DNA of 64,000 bases from Auanema rhodensis (lineage: Eukaryota; Animalia; Nematoda), in assembly GCA_964057225.1 (NCBI GenBank), contig OZ059895.1, forward strand, positions 23,188,001 through 23,252,000, read 5' to 3'. Shown here one piece after another: positions 28,401 to 42,261 of this stretch. Below the pieces are notes generated by a model, which made no database searches, was not told the origin of the DNA, and saw only the letters and a program-made list of their open reading frames with translations. The position numbers and the translations under genes were made by a program. Every line of letters begins with the position of its first letter. Positions within the stretch are counted from its first letter, which is position 1.

Positions 28401-30887
28401 TCTAAAAACATCTACTTTTTGCTAAATTATTTTGAAATTTTTCGAAAAAATTTTTGTCAAAATGTTTTTGGAAGCAATGTTGAGTGTACATGGAAACTCA
28501 ACATACACTAATGCATCATTTTTCAAACGATCATAACTAATTTTTGTAATAAGCGTTTCTCAATGTAGTATAGTGCATTCGATGCAGATTTTTAAGCTGC
28601 GTCGATCTGTGTTATCAGATTTGCGCTAGCTTAAAAATGCACCGAAATATCAACTGATATAAGTTCACACTTATATCCTCGATTTTCACCCTGAAGAATT
28701 AATTTTTTCGTTGAATAACAATGTCCATCGTCTTTGCCTTGAAAAAAGGAATCTAAAAACATCTACTTTTTGCTAAATTATTTTGAAATTTTTCGAAAAA
28801 ATTTTTGTCAAAATGTTTTTGGAAGCAATGTTGAGTGTACATGGAAACTCAACATACACTAATGCATCATTTTTCAAACGATCATAACTAATTTTTGTAT
28901 TAAGCGTTTCTCAATGTAGTATAGTGCATTCGATGCGGATTTCTAAGCTGCAATGATCTGTGTTATCAGATTTGCGCTAGCTTAAAAATGCACCGAGATA
29001 TCAACTGATATAAGTTCACACTTATATCCTCGATTTTCACCCTGAAGAATTAATTTTTTCGTTGAATAACAATGTCCATCGTCTTTGCCTTGAAAAAAGG
29101 AATCTAAAAACATCTACTTTTTGCTAAATTATTTTGAAATTTTTCGAAAAAATTTTTGTCAAAATGTTTTTGGAAGCAATGTTGAGTGTACATGGAAACT
29201 CAACATACACTAATGCATCATTTTTCAAACGATCATAACTAATTTTTGTAATAAGCGTTTCTCAATGTAGTATAGTGCATTCGATGCAGATTTTTAAGCT
29301 GCGTCGATCTGTGTTATCAGATTTGCGCTAGCTTAAAAATGCACCGAAATATCAACTGATATAAGTTCACACTTATATCCTCGATTTTCACCCTGAAGAA
29401 TTAATTTTTTCGTTGAATAACAATGTCCATCGTCTTTGCCTTGAAAAAAGGAATCTAAAAACATCTACTTTTTGCTAAATTATTTTGAAATTTTTCGAAA
29501 AAATTTTTGTCAAAATGTTTTTGGAAGCAATGTTGAGTGTACATGGAAACTCAACATACACTAATGCATCATTTTTCAAACGATCATAACTAATTTTTGT
29601 ATTAAGCGTTTCTCAATGTAGTATAGTGCATTCGATGCGGATTTTTAAGCTGCAATGATCTGTGTTATCAGATTTGCGCTAGCTTAAAAATGCACCGAGA
29701 TATCAACTGATATAAGTTCACACTTATATCCTCGATTTTCACCCTGAAGAATTAATTTTTTCGTTGAATAACAATGTCCATCGTCTTTGCCTTGAAAAAA
29801 GGAATCTAAAAACATCTACTTTTTGCTAAATTATTTTGAAATTTTTCGAAAAAATTTTTGTCAAAATGTTTTTGGAAGCAATGTTGAGTGTACATGGAAA
29901 CTCAACATACACTAATGCATCATTTTTCAAACGATCATAACTAATTTTTGTATTAAGCGTTTCTCAATGTAGTATAGTGCATTCGATGCGGATTTTTAAG
30001 CTGCATCGATCTGTGTTATCAGATTTGCGCTAGCTTAAAAATGCACCGAAATATCAACTGATATACGTTCACACTTATATCCTCGATTTTCACCCTGAAG
30101 AATTAATTTTTTCGTTGAATAACATCGTCCATCGTCTTTGCCTTAAGAAAAGGAATCTAAAAACATCTACTTTTTGCTAAATTATTTTGAAATTTTTCGA
30201 AAAAATTTTTGTCAAAATGTTTTTGGAAGCAATGTTGAGTGTACATGGAAACTCAACATACACTAATGCATCATTTTTCAAACGATCACAACTAATTTTT
30301 GTATTAAGCGTTTCTCAATGTAGTATAGTGCATTCGATGCGGGTTTTTAAAATGCGTCGATCTGTGTTATCAGATTTGCGCTAGCTTAAAAATGCACCGA
30401 AATATCAACTGATATAAGTTCACACTTATATCCTCGATTTTCACCCTGAAGAATTAATTTTTTCGTTGAATAACAATGTCCATCGTCTTTGCCTTGAAAA
30501 AAGGAATCTAAAAACATCTACTTTTTGCTAAATTATTTTGAAATTTTTCGAAAAAATTTTTGTCAAAATGTTTTTGGAAGCAATGTTGAGTGTACATGGA
30601 AACTCAACATACACTAATGCATCATTTTTCAAACGATCATAACTAATTTTTGTATTAAGCGTTTCTCAATGTAGTATAGTGCATTCGATGCGGATTTTTA
30701 AGCTGCGTCGATCTGTGTTATCAGATTTGCGCTAGCTTAAAAATGCACCGAGATATCAACTGATATATGTTCACACTTATCTCCTCGATTTTCACCCTGA
30801 AGAATTAATTTTTTCGTTGAATAACAATGTCCATCGTCTTTGCCTTGAAAAAAGGAATCTAAAAACATCTACTTTTTGCTAAATTAT
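22464..30887. repeat. Local higher-order duplication, 14 monomers (4914 bp), second copy later altered
   Basis: The ATACGTT/TATTCTCG/CATAGTCC unit (~23046-23106 vs ~27960-28020) and the GCGGGTTT units (ORF-track starts 23167/28081 and 25273/30187) are all 4914 bp apart. Confidence 0.85.
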
Positions 30888-33800
30888 TTTGAAATTTTTC
30901 GAAAAAATTTTTGTCAAAATGTTTTTGGAAGCAATGTTGAGTGTACATGGAAACTCAACATACACTAATGCATCATTTTTCAAACGATCATAACTAATTT
31001 TTGTATTAAGCGTTTCTCAATGTAGTATAGTGCATTCGATGCGGATTTTTAAGCTGCGTCGATCTGTGTTATCAGATTTGCGCTAGCTTAAAAATGCACC
31101 GAGATATCAACTGATATATGTTCACACTTATATCCTCGATTTTCACCCTGAAGAATTAATTTTTTCGTTGAATAACAATGTCCATCGTCTTTGCCTTGAA
31201 AAAAGGAATCTAAAAACATCTACTTTTTGCTAAATTATTCTGAAATTTTTCGAAAAAATTTTTGTCAAAATGTTTTTGGAAGCAATGTTGAGTGTACATG
31301 GAAACTCAACATACACTAATGCATCATTTTTCAAACGATCATAACTAATTTTTGTATTAAGCGTTTCTCAATGTAGTATAGTGCATTCGATGCGGATTTT
31401 TAAGCTGCGTCGATCTGTGTTATCAGATTTGCGCTAGCTTAAAAATGCACCGAGATATCAACTGATATAAGTTCACACTTATATCCTCGATTTTCACCCT
31501 GAAGAATTAATTTTTTCGTTGAATAACAATGTCCATCGTCTTTGCCTTGAAAAAAGAAATCTAAAAACATCTACTTTTTGCTAAATTATTTTGAAATTTT
31601 TCGAAAAAATTTTTGTCAAAATGTTTTTGGAAGCAATGTTGAGTGTACTTGGAAACTCAACATACACTAATGCATCATTTTTCAAACGATCATAACTAAT
31701 TTTTGTATTAAGCGTTTCTCAATGTAGTATAGTGCATTCGATGCGGATTTTTAAGCTGCAATGATCTGTGTTATCAGATTTGCGCTAGCTTAAAAATGCA
31801 CCGAGATATCAACTGATATAAGTTCACACTTATATCCTCGATTTTCACCCTGAAGAATTAATTTTTTCGTTGAATAACAATGTCCATCGTCTTTGCCTTG
31901 AAAAAAGGAATCTAAAAACATCTACTTTTTGCTAAATTATTTTGAAATTTTTCGAAAAAATTTTTGTCAAAATGTTTTTGGAAGCAATGTTGAGTGTACA
32001 TGGAAACTCAACATACACTAATGCATCATTTTTCAAACGATCATAACTAATTTTTGTATTAAGCGTTTCTCAATGTAGTATAATGCATTCGATGCGGATT
32101 TTTAAGCTGCATCGATCTGTGTTATCAGATTTGCGCTAGCTTAAAAATGTACCGAAATATCAACTGATATAAGTTCACACTTATATCCTCGATTTTCACC
32201 CTGAAGAATTAATTTTTTCGTTAAATAACATCGTCCATCGTCTTTGCCTTAAGAAAAGGAATCTAAAAACATCTACTTTTTGCTAAATTATTTTGAAATT
32301 TTTCGAAAAAATTTTTGTCAAAATGTTTTTGGAAGCAATGTTGAGTGTACATGGAAACTCAACATACACTAATGCATCATTTTTCAAACGATCATAACTA
32401 ATTTTTGTATTAAGCGTTTCTCAATGTAGTATAGTGCATTCGATGCGGATTTTTAAGCTGCAATGATCTGTGTTATCAGATTTGCGCTAGCTTAAAAATG
32501 CACCGAGATATCAACTGATATAAGTTCACACTTATATCCTCGATTTTCACCCTGAAGAATTAATTTTTTCGTTGAATAACAATGTCCATCGTCTTTGCCT
32601 TGAAAATAGGAATCTAAAAACATCTACTTTTTGCTAAATTATTTTGAAATTTTTCGAAAAAATTTTTGTCAAAATGTTTTTGGAAGCAATGTTGAGTGTA
32701 CATGGAAACTCAACATACACTAATGCATCATTTTTCAAACGATCATAACTAATTTTTGTATTAAGCGTTTCTCAATGTAGTATAGTGCATTCGATGCGGA
32801 TTTTTAAGCTGCATCGATCTGTGTTATCAGATTTGCGCTAGCTTAAAAATGCACCGAAATATCAACTGATATAAGTTCACACTTATATCCTCGATTTTCA
32901 CCCTGAAGAATTAATTTTTTCGTTGAATAACATCGTCCATCGTCTTTGCCTTAAGAAAAGGAATCTAAAAACATCTACTTTTTGCTAAATTATTTTGAAA
33001 TTTTTCGAAAAAATTTTTGTCAAAATGTTTTTGGAAGCAATGTTGAGTGTACATGGAAACTCAACATACACTAATGCATCATTTTTCAAACGATCATAAC
33101 TAATTTTTGTATTAAGCGTTTCTCAATGTAGTATAGTGCATTCGATGCGGATTTTTAAGCTGCGTCGATCTGTGTTATCAGATTTGCGCTAGCTTAAAAA
33201 TGCACCGAGATATCAACTGATATATGTTCACACTTATATCCTCGATTTTCACCCTGAAGAATTAATTTTTTCGTTGAATAACAATGTCCATCGTCTTTGC
33301 CTTGAAAAAAGGAATCTAAAAACATCTACTTTTTGCTAAATTATTCTGAAATTTTTCGAAAAAATTTTTGTCAAAATGTTTTTGGAAGCAATGTTGAGTG
33401 TACATGGAAACTCAACATACACTAATGCATCATTTTTCAAACGATCATAACTAATTTTTGTATTAAGCGTTTCTCAATGTAGTATAGTGCATTCGATGCG
33501 GATTTTTAAGCTGCGTCGATCTGTGTTATCAGATTTGCGCTAGCTTAAAAATGCACCGAGATATCAACTGATATAAGTTCACACTTATATCCTCGATTTT
33601 CACCCTGAAGAATTAATTTTTTCGTTGAATAACAATGTCCATCGTCTTTGCCTTGAAAAAAGAAATCTAAAAACATCTACTTTTTGCTAAATTATTTTGA
33701 AATTTTTCGAAAAAATTTTTGTCAAAATGTTTTTGGAAGCAATGTTGAGTGTACTTGGAAACTCAACATACACTAATGCATCATTTTTCAAACGATCATA

Positions 33801-35099
33801 ACTAATTTTTGTATTAAGCGTTTCTCAATGTAGTATAGTGCATTCGATGCGGATTTTTAAGCTGCAATGATCTGTGTTATCAGATTTGCGCTAGCTTAAA
33901 AATGCACCGAGATATCAACTGATATAAGTTCACACTTATATCCTCGATTTTCACCCTGAAGAATTAATTTTTTCGTTGAATAACAATGTCCATCGTCTTT
34001 GCCTTGAAAAAAGGAATCTAAAAACATCTACTTTTTGCTAAATTATTTTGAAATTTTTCGAAAAAATTTTTGTCAAAATGTTTTTGGAAGCAATGTTGAG
34101 TGTACATGGAAACTCAACATACACTAATGCATCATTTTTCAAACGATCATAACTAATTTTTGTATTAAGCGTTTCTCAATGTAGTATAATGCATTCGATG
34201 CGGATTTTTAAGCTGCATCGATCTGTGTTATCAGATTTGCGCTAGCTTAAAAATGTACCGAAATATCAACTGATATAAGTTCACACTTATATCCTCGATT
34301 TTCACCCTGAAGAATTAATTTTTTCGTTAAATAACATCGTCCATCGTCTTTGCCTTAAGAAAAGGAATCTAAAAACATCTACTTTTTGCTAAATTATTTT
34401 GAAATTTTTCGAAAAAATTTTTGTCAAAATGTTTTTGGAAGCAATGTTGAGTGTACATGGAAACTCAACATACACTAATGCATCATTTTTCAAACGATCA
34501 TAACTAATTTTTGTATTAAGCGTTTCTCAATGTAGTATAGTGCATTCGATGCGGATTTTTAAGCTGCGTCGATCTGTGTTATCAGATTTGCGCTAGCTTA
34601 AAAATGCACCGAGATATCAACTGATATAAGTTCACACTTATATCCTCGATTTTCACCCTGAAGAATTAATTTTTTCGTTGAATAACAATGTCCATCGTCT
34701 TTGCCTTGAAAATAGGAATCTAAAAACATCTACTTTTTGCTAAATTATTTTGAAATTTTTCGAAAAAATTTTTGTCAAAATGTTTTTGGAAGCAATGTTG
34801 AGTGTACATGGAAACTCAACATACACTAATGCATCATTTTTCAAACGATCATAACTAATTTTTGTATTAAGCGTTTCTCAATGTAGTATAGTGCATTCGA
34901 TGCGGATTTTTAAGCTGCATCGATCTGTGTTATCAGATTTGCGCTAGCTTAAAAATGCACCGAAATATCAACTGATATAAGTTCACACTTATATCCTCGA
35001 TTTTCACCCTGAAGAATTAATTTTTTCGTTGAATAACATCGTCCATCGTCTTTGCCTTAAGAAAAGGAATCTAAAAACATCTACTTTTTGCTAAATTAT
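30888..35099. repeat. Local higher-order duplication, 6 monomers (2106 bp) x2
   Basis: TATTCTGAAA, GTACTTGG (31649/33755), AATGTACC, CGTTAAAT and GAAAATAGG variants repeat at 2106-bp spacing. Confidence 0.88.
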
Positions 35100-38000
35100 T
35101 TTGAAATTTTTCGAAAAAATTTTTGTCAAAATGTTTTTGGAAGCAATGTTGAGTGTACATGGAAACTCAACATACACTAATGCATCATTTTTCAAACGAT
35201 CACAACTAATTTTTGTATTAAGCGTTTTTCAATGTAGTATAGTGCATTCGATGCGGATTTTTAAGCTGCGTCGATCTGTGTTATCAGATTTGAGCTAGCT
35301 TAAAAATGCACCGAGATATCAACTGATATATGTTCACACTTATATCCTCGATTTTCACCCTGAAGAATTAATTTTTTCGTTGAATAACAATGTCCCTCGT
35401 CTTTGCCTTGAAAAAAGGAATCTAAAAACATCTACTTTTTGCTAAATTATTTTGAAATTTTTCGAAAAAATTTTTGTCAAAATGTTTTTGGAAGCAATGT
35501 TGAGTGTACATGGAAACTCAACATACACTAATGCATCATTTTTCAAACGATCATAACTAATTTTTGTAATAAGCGTTTCTCAATGTAGTATAGTGCATTC
35601 GATGCAGATTTTTAAGCTGCGTCGATCTGTGTTATCAGATTTGCGCTAGCTTAAAAATGCACCGAAATATCAACTGATATAAGTTCACACTTATATCCTC
35701 GATTTTCACCCTGAAGAATTAATTTTTTCGTTGAATAACAATGTCGATTGTCTTTGCCTTGAAAAAAGGAATCTAAAAACATCTACTTTTTGCTAAATTA
35801 TTTTGAAATTTTTCGAAAAAATTTTTGTCAAAATGTTTTTGGAAGCAATGTTGAGTGTACATGGAAACTCAACATACACTAATGCATCATTTTTCAAACG
35901 ATCATAACTAATTTTTGTATTAAGCGTTTCTCAATGTAGTATAGTGCATTCGATGCGGATTTTTAAGCTGCGTCGATCTGTGTTATCAGATTTGCGCTAG
36001 CTTAAAAATGCACCGAAATATCAACTGATATAAGTTCACACTTATATCCTCGATTTTCACCCTGAAGAATTAATTTTTTCGTTGAATAACAATGTCCATC
36101 GTCTTTGCCTTGAAAAAAGGAATCTAAAAACATCTACTTTTTGCTAAATAATTTTGAAATTTTTTGAAAAAATTTTTGTCAAAATGTTTTTGGAAGCAAT
36201 GTTGAGTGTACATGGAAACTCAACATACACTAATGCATCATTTTTCAAACGATCATAACTAATTTTTGTATTAAGCGTTTTTTAATGTAGTATAGTGCAT
36301 TCGATGCGGATTTTTAAGCTGCGTCGATCTGTGTTATCAGATTTGCGCTAGCTTAAAAATGCACCGAGATATCAACTGATATATGTTCACACTTATCTCC
36401 TCGATTTTCACCCTGAAGAATTAATTTTTTCGTTGAATAACAATGTCCATCGTCTTTGCCTTGAAAAAAGGAATCTAAAAACATCTACTTTTTGCTAAAT
36501 TATTTTGAAATTTTTTGAAAAAATTTTTGTCAAAATGTTTTTGGAAGCAATGTTGAGTGTACATGGAAACTCAACATACACTAATGCATCATTTTTCAAA
36601 CGATCATAACTAATTTTTGTATTAAGCGTTTCTCAATGTAGTATAGTGCATTCGATGCGGATTTTTAAGCTGCGTCGATCTGTGTTATCAGATTTGCGCT
36701 AGCTTAAAAATGCACCGAGATATCAACTGATATAAGTTCACACTTATATCCTCGATTTTCACCCTGAAGAATTAATTTTTTCGTTGAATAACAATGTCCA
36801 TCGTCTTTGCCTTGAAAAAAGAAATCGAAAAACATCTACTTTTTGCTAAATTATTTTGAAATTTTTCGAAAAAATTTTTGTCAAAATGTTTTTGGAAGCA
36901 ATGTTGAGTGTACATGGAAACTCAACATACACTAATGCATCATTTTTCAAACGATCATAACTAATTTTTGTATTAAGCGTTTCTCAATGTAGTATAGTGC
37001 ATTCGATGCGGATTTTTAAGCTGCAATGATCTGTGTTATCAGATTTGCGCTAGCTTAAAAATGCACCGAGATATCAACTGATATAAGTTCACACTTATAT
37101 CCTCGATTTTCACCCTGAAGAATTAATTTTTTCGTTGAATAACAATGTCCATCGTCTTTGCCTTGAAAAAAGGAATCTAAAAACATCTACTTTTTGCTAA
37201 ATTATTTTGAAATTTTTCGAAAAAATTTTCGTCAAAATGTTTTTGGAAGCAATGTTGAGTGTACATGGAAACTCAACATACACTAATGCATCATTTTTCA
37301 AACGATCATAACTAATTTTTGTATTAAGCGTTTCTAAATGTAGTATAGTGCATTCGATGCGGATTTTTAAGCTGCGTCGATCTGAGTTATCAGATTTGCG
37401 CTAGCTTAAAAATGCACCGAGATATCAACTGATATAAGTTCACACTTATATCCTCGATTTTCACCCTGAAGAATTAATTTTTTCGTTGAATAACATCGTC
37501 CATCGTCTTTGCCTTAAAAAAAGGAATCTAAAAACATCTACGTTTTGCTAAATTATTTTGAAATTTTTCGAAAAAATTTTTGTCAAAATGTTTTTGGAAG
37601 CAATGTTGAGTGTACATGGAAACTCAACATACACTAATGCATCATTTTTCAAACGATCATAACTAATTTTTGTATTAAGCGTTTCTCAATGTAGTATAGT
37701 GCATTCGATGCGGATTTTTAAGCTGCGTCGATCTGTGTTATCAGATTTGCGCTAGCTTAAAAATGCACCGAGATATCAACTGATATATGTTCACACTTAT
37801 CTCCTCGATTTTCACCCTGAAGAATTAATTTTTTCGTTGAATAACAATGTCCATCGTCTTTGCCTTAAAAAAAAGAATCTAAAAACATCTACTTTTTGCT
37901 AAATTATTTTGAAATTTTTCGAAAAAATTTTTGTCAAAATGTTTTTGGAAGCAATGTTGAGTGTACATGGAAACTCAACATACACTAATGCATCATTTTT

Positions 38001-40013
38001 CAAACGATCATAACTAATTTTTGTATTAAGCGTTTCTCAATGTAGTATAGTGCATTCGATGCGGATTTTTAAGCTGCGTCGATCTGTGTTATCAGATTTG
38101 CGCTAGCTTAAAAATGCACCGAGATATCAACTGATATATGTTCACACTTATATCCTCGATTTTCACCCTGAAGAATTAATTTTTTCGTTGAATAACAATG
38201 TCCATCGTCTTTGCCTTGAAAAAAGGAATCTAAAAACATCTACTTTTTGCTAAATTATTTTGAAATTTTTCGAAAAAATTTTTGTCAAAATGTTTTTGGA
38301 AGCAATGTTGAGTGTACATGGAAACTCAACATACACTAATGCATCATTTTTCAAACGATCATAACTAATTTTTGTATTAAGCGTTTCTCAATGTAGTATA
38401 GTGCATTCGATGCGGATTTTTAAGCTGCGTCGATCTGTGTTATCAGATTTGCGCTAGCTTAAAAATGCACCGAGATATCAACTGATATAAGTTCACACTT
38501 ATATCCTCGATTTTCACCCTGAAGAATTAATTTTTTCGTTGAATAACAATGTCCATCGTCTTTGCCTTGAAAAAAGAAATCTAAAAACATCTACTTTTTG
38601 CTAAATTATTTTGAAATTTTTCGAAAAAATTTTTGTCAAAATGTTTTTGGAAGCAATGTTGAGTGTACATGGAAACTCAACATACACTAATGCATCATTT
38701 TTCAAACGATCATAACTAATTTTTGTATTAAGCGTTTCTCAATGTAGTATAGTGCATTCGATGCGGATTTTTAAGCTGCGTCGATCTGTGTTATCAGATT
38801 TGCGCTAGCTTAAAAATGCACCGAGATATCAACTGATATAAGTTCACACTTATATCCTCGATTTTCACCCTGAAGAATTAATTTTTTCGTTGAATAACAA
38901 TGTCCATCGTCTTTGCCTTGAAAAAAGAAATCTAAAAACATCTACTTTTTGCTAAATTATTTTGAAATTTTTCGAAAAAATTTTTGTCAAAATGTTTTTG
39001 GAAGCAATGTTGAGTGTACATGGAAACTCAACATACACTAATGCATCATTTTTCAAACGATCATAACTAATTTTTGTATTAAGCGTTTCTCAATGTAGTA
39101 TAATGCATTCGATGCGGATTTTTAAGCTGCAATGATCTTTGTTATCAGATTTGCGCTAGCTTAAAAATGCACCGAGATATCAACTGATATATGTTCACAC
39201 TTATCTCCTCGATTTTCACCCTGAAGAATTAATTTTTTCGTTGAATAACAATGTCCATCGTCTTTGCCTTGAAAAAAAGAATCTAAAAACATCTACTTTT
39301 TGCTAAATTATTTTGAAATTTTTCGAAAAAATTTTTGTCAAAATGTTTTTGGAAGCAATGTTGAGTGTACATGGAAACTCAACATACACTAATGCATCAT
39401 TTTTCAAACGATCATAACTAATTTTTGTATCAAGCGTTTCTCAATGTAGTATAGTGCATTCGATGCGGATTTTTAAGCTGCGTCGATCTGTGTTATCAGA
39501 TTTGCGCTAGCTTAAAAATGCACCGAGATATCAACTGATATAAGTTCACACTTATATCCTCGATTTTCACCCTGAAGAATTAATTTTTTCGTTGAATAAC
39601 ATCGTCCATCGTCTTTGCCTTAAGAAAAGGAATCTAAAAACATCTACGTTTTGCTAAATTATTTTGAAATTTTTCGAAAAAATTTTTGTCAAAATGTTTT
39701 TGGAAGCAATGTTGAGTGTACATGGAAACTCAACATACACTAATGCATCATTTTTCAAACGATCATAACTAATTTTTGTATTAAGCGTTTCTCAATGTAG
39801 TATAGTGCATTCGATGCGGATTTTTAAGCTGCGTCGATCTGTGTTATCAGATTTGCGCTAGCTTAAAAATGCACCGAGATATCAACTGATATATGTTCAC
39901 ACTTATCTCCTCGATTTTCACCCTGAAGAATTAATTTTTTCGTTGAATAACAATGTCCATCGTCTTTGCCTTAAAAAAAAGAATCTAAAAACATCTACTT
40001 TTTGCTAAATTAT

Positions 40014-40506
40014 TTTGAAATTTTTCGAAAAAATTTTTGTCAAAATGTTTTTGGAAGCAATGTTGAGTGTACATGGAAACTCAACATACACTAATGCATC
40101 ATTTTTCAAACGATCATAACTAATTTTTGTATTAAGCGTTTCTCAATGTAGTATAGTGCATTCGATGCGGATTTTTAAGCTGCGTCGATCTGTGTTATCA
40201 GATTTGCGCTAGCTTAAAAATGCACCGAGATATCAACTGATATATGTTCACACTTATATCCTCGATTTTCACCCTGAAGAATTAATTTTTTCGTATAGTG
40301 CATTCGATGCGGATTTTTAAGCTGCGTCGATCTGTGTTATCAGATTTGCGCTAGCTTAAAAATGCACCGAGATATCAACTGATATAAGTTCACACTTATA
40401 TCCTCGATTTTCACCCTGAAGAATTAATTTTTTCGTTGAATAACAATGTCCATCGTCTTTGCCTTGAAAAAAGAAATCTAAAAACATCTACTTTTTGCTA
40501 AATTAT
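40014..40506. repeat. Fused/rearranged satellite unit (493 bp): monomer positions 1-281 joined to positions 140-351
   Basis: Sequence reads ...AATTTTTTC-GT-ATAGTGCATTCG... at 40291-40306. The shared GT at 40293-40294 is a 2-bp microhomology. Array phase shifts accordingly. Confidence 0.95.
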
Positions 40507-42261
40507 TTTGAAATTTTTCGAAAAAATTTTTGTCAAAATGTTTTTGGAAGCAATGTTGAGTGTACATGGAAACTCAACATACACTAATGCATCATTTTTC
40601 AAACGATCATAACTAATTTTTGTATTAAGCGTTTCTCAATGTAGTATAATGCATTCGATGCGGATTTTTAAGCTGCAATGATCTTTGTTATCAGATTTGC
40701 GCTAGCTTAAAAATGCACCGAGATATCAACTGATATATGTTCACACTTATCTCCTCGATTTTCACCCTGAAGAATTAATTTTTTCGTTGAATAACAATGT
40801 CCATCGTCTTTGCCTTGAAAAAAAGAATCTAAAAACATCTACTTTTTGCTAAATTATTTTGAAATTTTTCGAAAAAATTTTTGTCAAAATGTTTTTGGAA
40901 GCAATGTTGAGTGTACATGGAAACTCAACATACACTAATGCATCATTTTTCAAACGATCATAACTAATTTTTGTATCAAGCGTTTCTCAATGTAGTATAG
41001 TGCATTCGATGCGGATTTTTAAGCTGCGTCGATCTGTGTTATCAGATTTGCGCTAGATTAAAAATGCACCGAGATATCAACTGATATATGTTCACACTTA
41101 TATCCTCGATTTTCACCCTGAAGAATTAATTTTTTCGTTGAATAACAATGTCCATCGTCTTTGCCTTGAAAAAAGGAATCTAAAAACATCTACTTTTTGC
41201 TAAATTATTTTGAAATTTTTCGAAAAAATTTTTGTCAAAATGTTTTTGGAAGCAATGTTGAGTGTACATGGAAACTCAACATACACTAATGCATCATTTT
41301 TCAAACGATCATAACTAATTTTTGTATTAAGCGTTTCTCAATGTAGTATAGTGCATTCGATGCGGATTTTTAAGCTGCGTCGATCTGTGTTATCAGATTT
41401 GCGCTAGCTTAAAAATGCACCGAGATATCAACTGATATAAGTTCACACTTATATCCTCGATTTTCACCCTGAAGAATTAATTTTTTCGTTGAATAACAAT
41501 GTCCATCGTCTTTGCCTTGAAAAAAGAAATCTAAAAACATCTACTTTTTGCTAAATTATTTTGAAATTTTTCGAAAAAATTTTTGTCAAAATGTTTTTGG
41601 AAGCAATGTTGAGTGTACATGGAAACTCAACATACACTAATGCATCATTTTTCAAACGATCATAACTAATTTTTGTATTAAGCGTTTCTCAATGTAGTAT
41701 AGTGCATTCGATGCGGATTTTTAAGCTGCGTCGATCTGTGTTATCAGATTTGCGCTAGCTTAAAAATGCACCGAGATATCAACTGATATAAGTTCACACT
41801 TATATCCTCGATTTTCACCCTGAAGAATTAATTTTTTCGTTGAATAACAAGGTCCATCGTCTTTGCCTTGAAAAAAGAAATCTAAAAACATCTACTTTTT
41901 GCTAAATTATTTTGAAATTTTTCGAAAAAATTTTTGTCAAAATGTTTTTGGAAGCAATGTTGAGTGTACATGGAAACTCAACATACACTAATGCATCATT
42001 TTTCAAACGATCATAACTAATTTTTGTATTAAGCGTTTCTCAATGTAGTATAGTGCATTCGATGCGGATTTTTAAGCTGCGTCGATCTGTGTTATCAGAT
42101 TTGCGCTAGCTTAAAAATGCACCGAGATATCAACTGATATAAGTTCACACTTATATCCTCGATTTTCACCCTGAAGAATTAATTTTTTCGTTGAATAACA
42201 ATGTCCATCGTCTTTGCCTTGAAAAAAGAAATCTAAAAACATCTACTTTTTGCTAAATTAT

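Noticed and set aside
2-35298. Sixteen 65-aa ORFs (MKFFEKIF...) suggesting a tandem gene array
   Set aside because: They start at TTG and exist only in monomers where position 104 is C (CAA instead of TAA). About 90% of monomers have the stop, and the peptide has no recognisable features.
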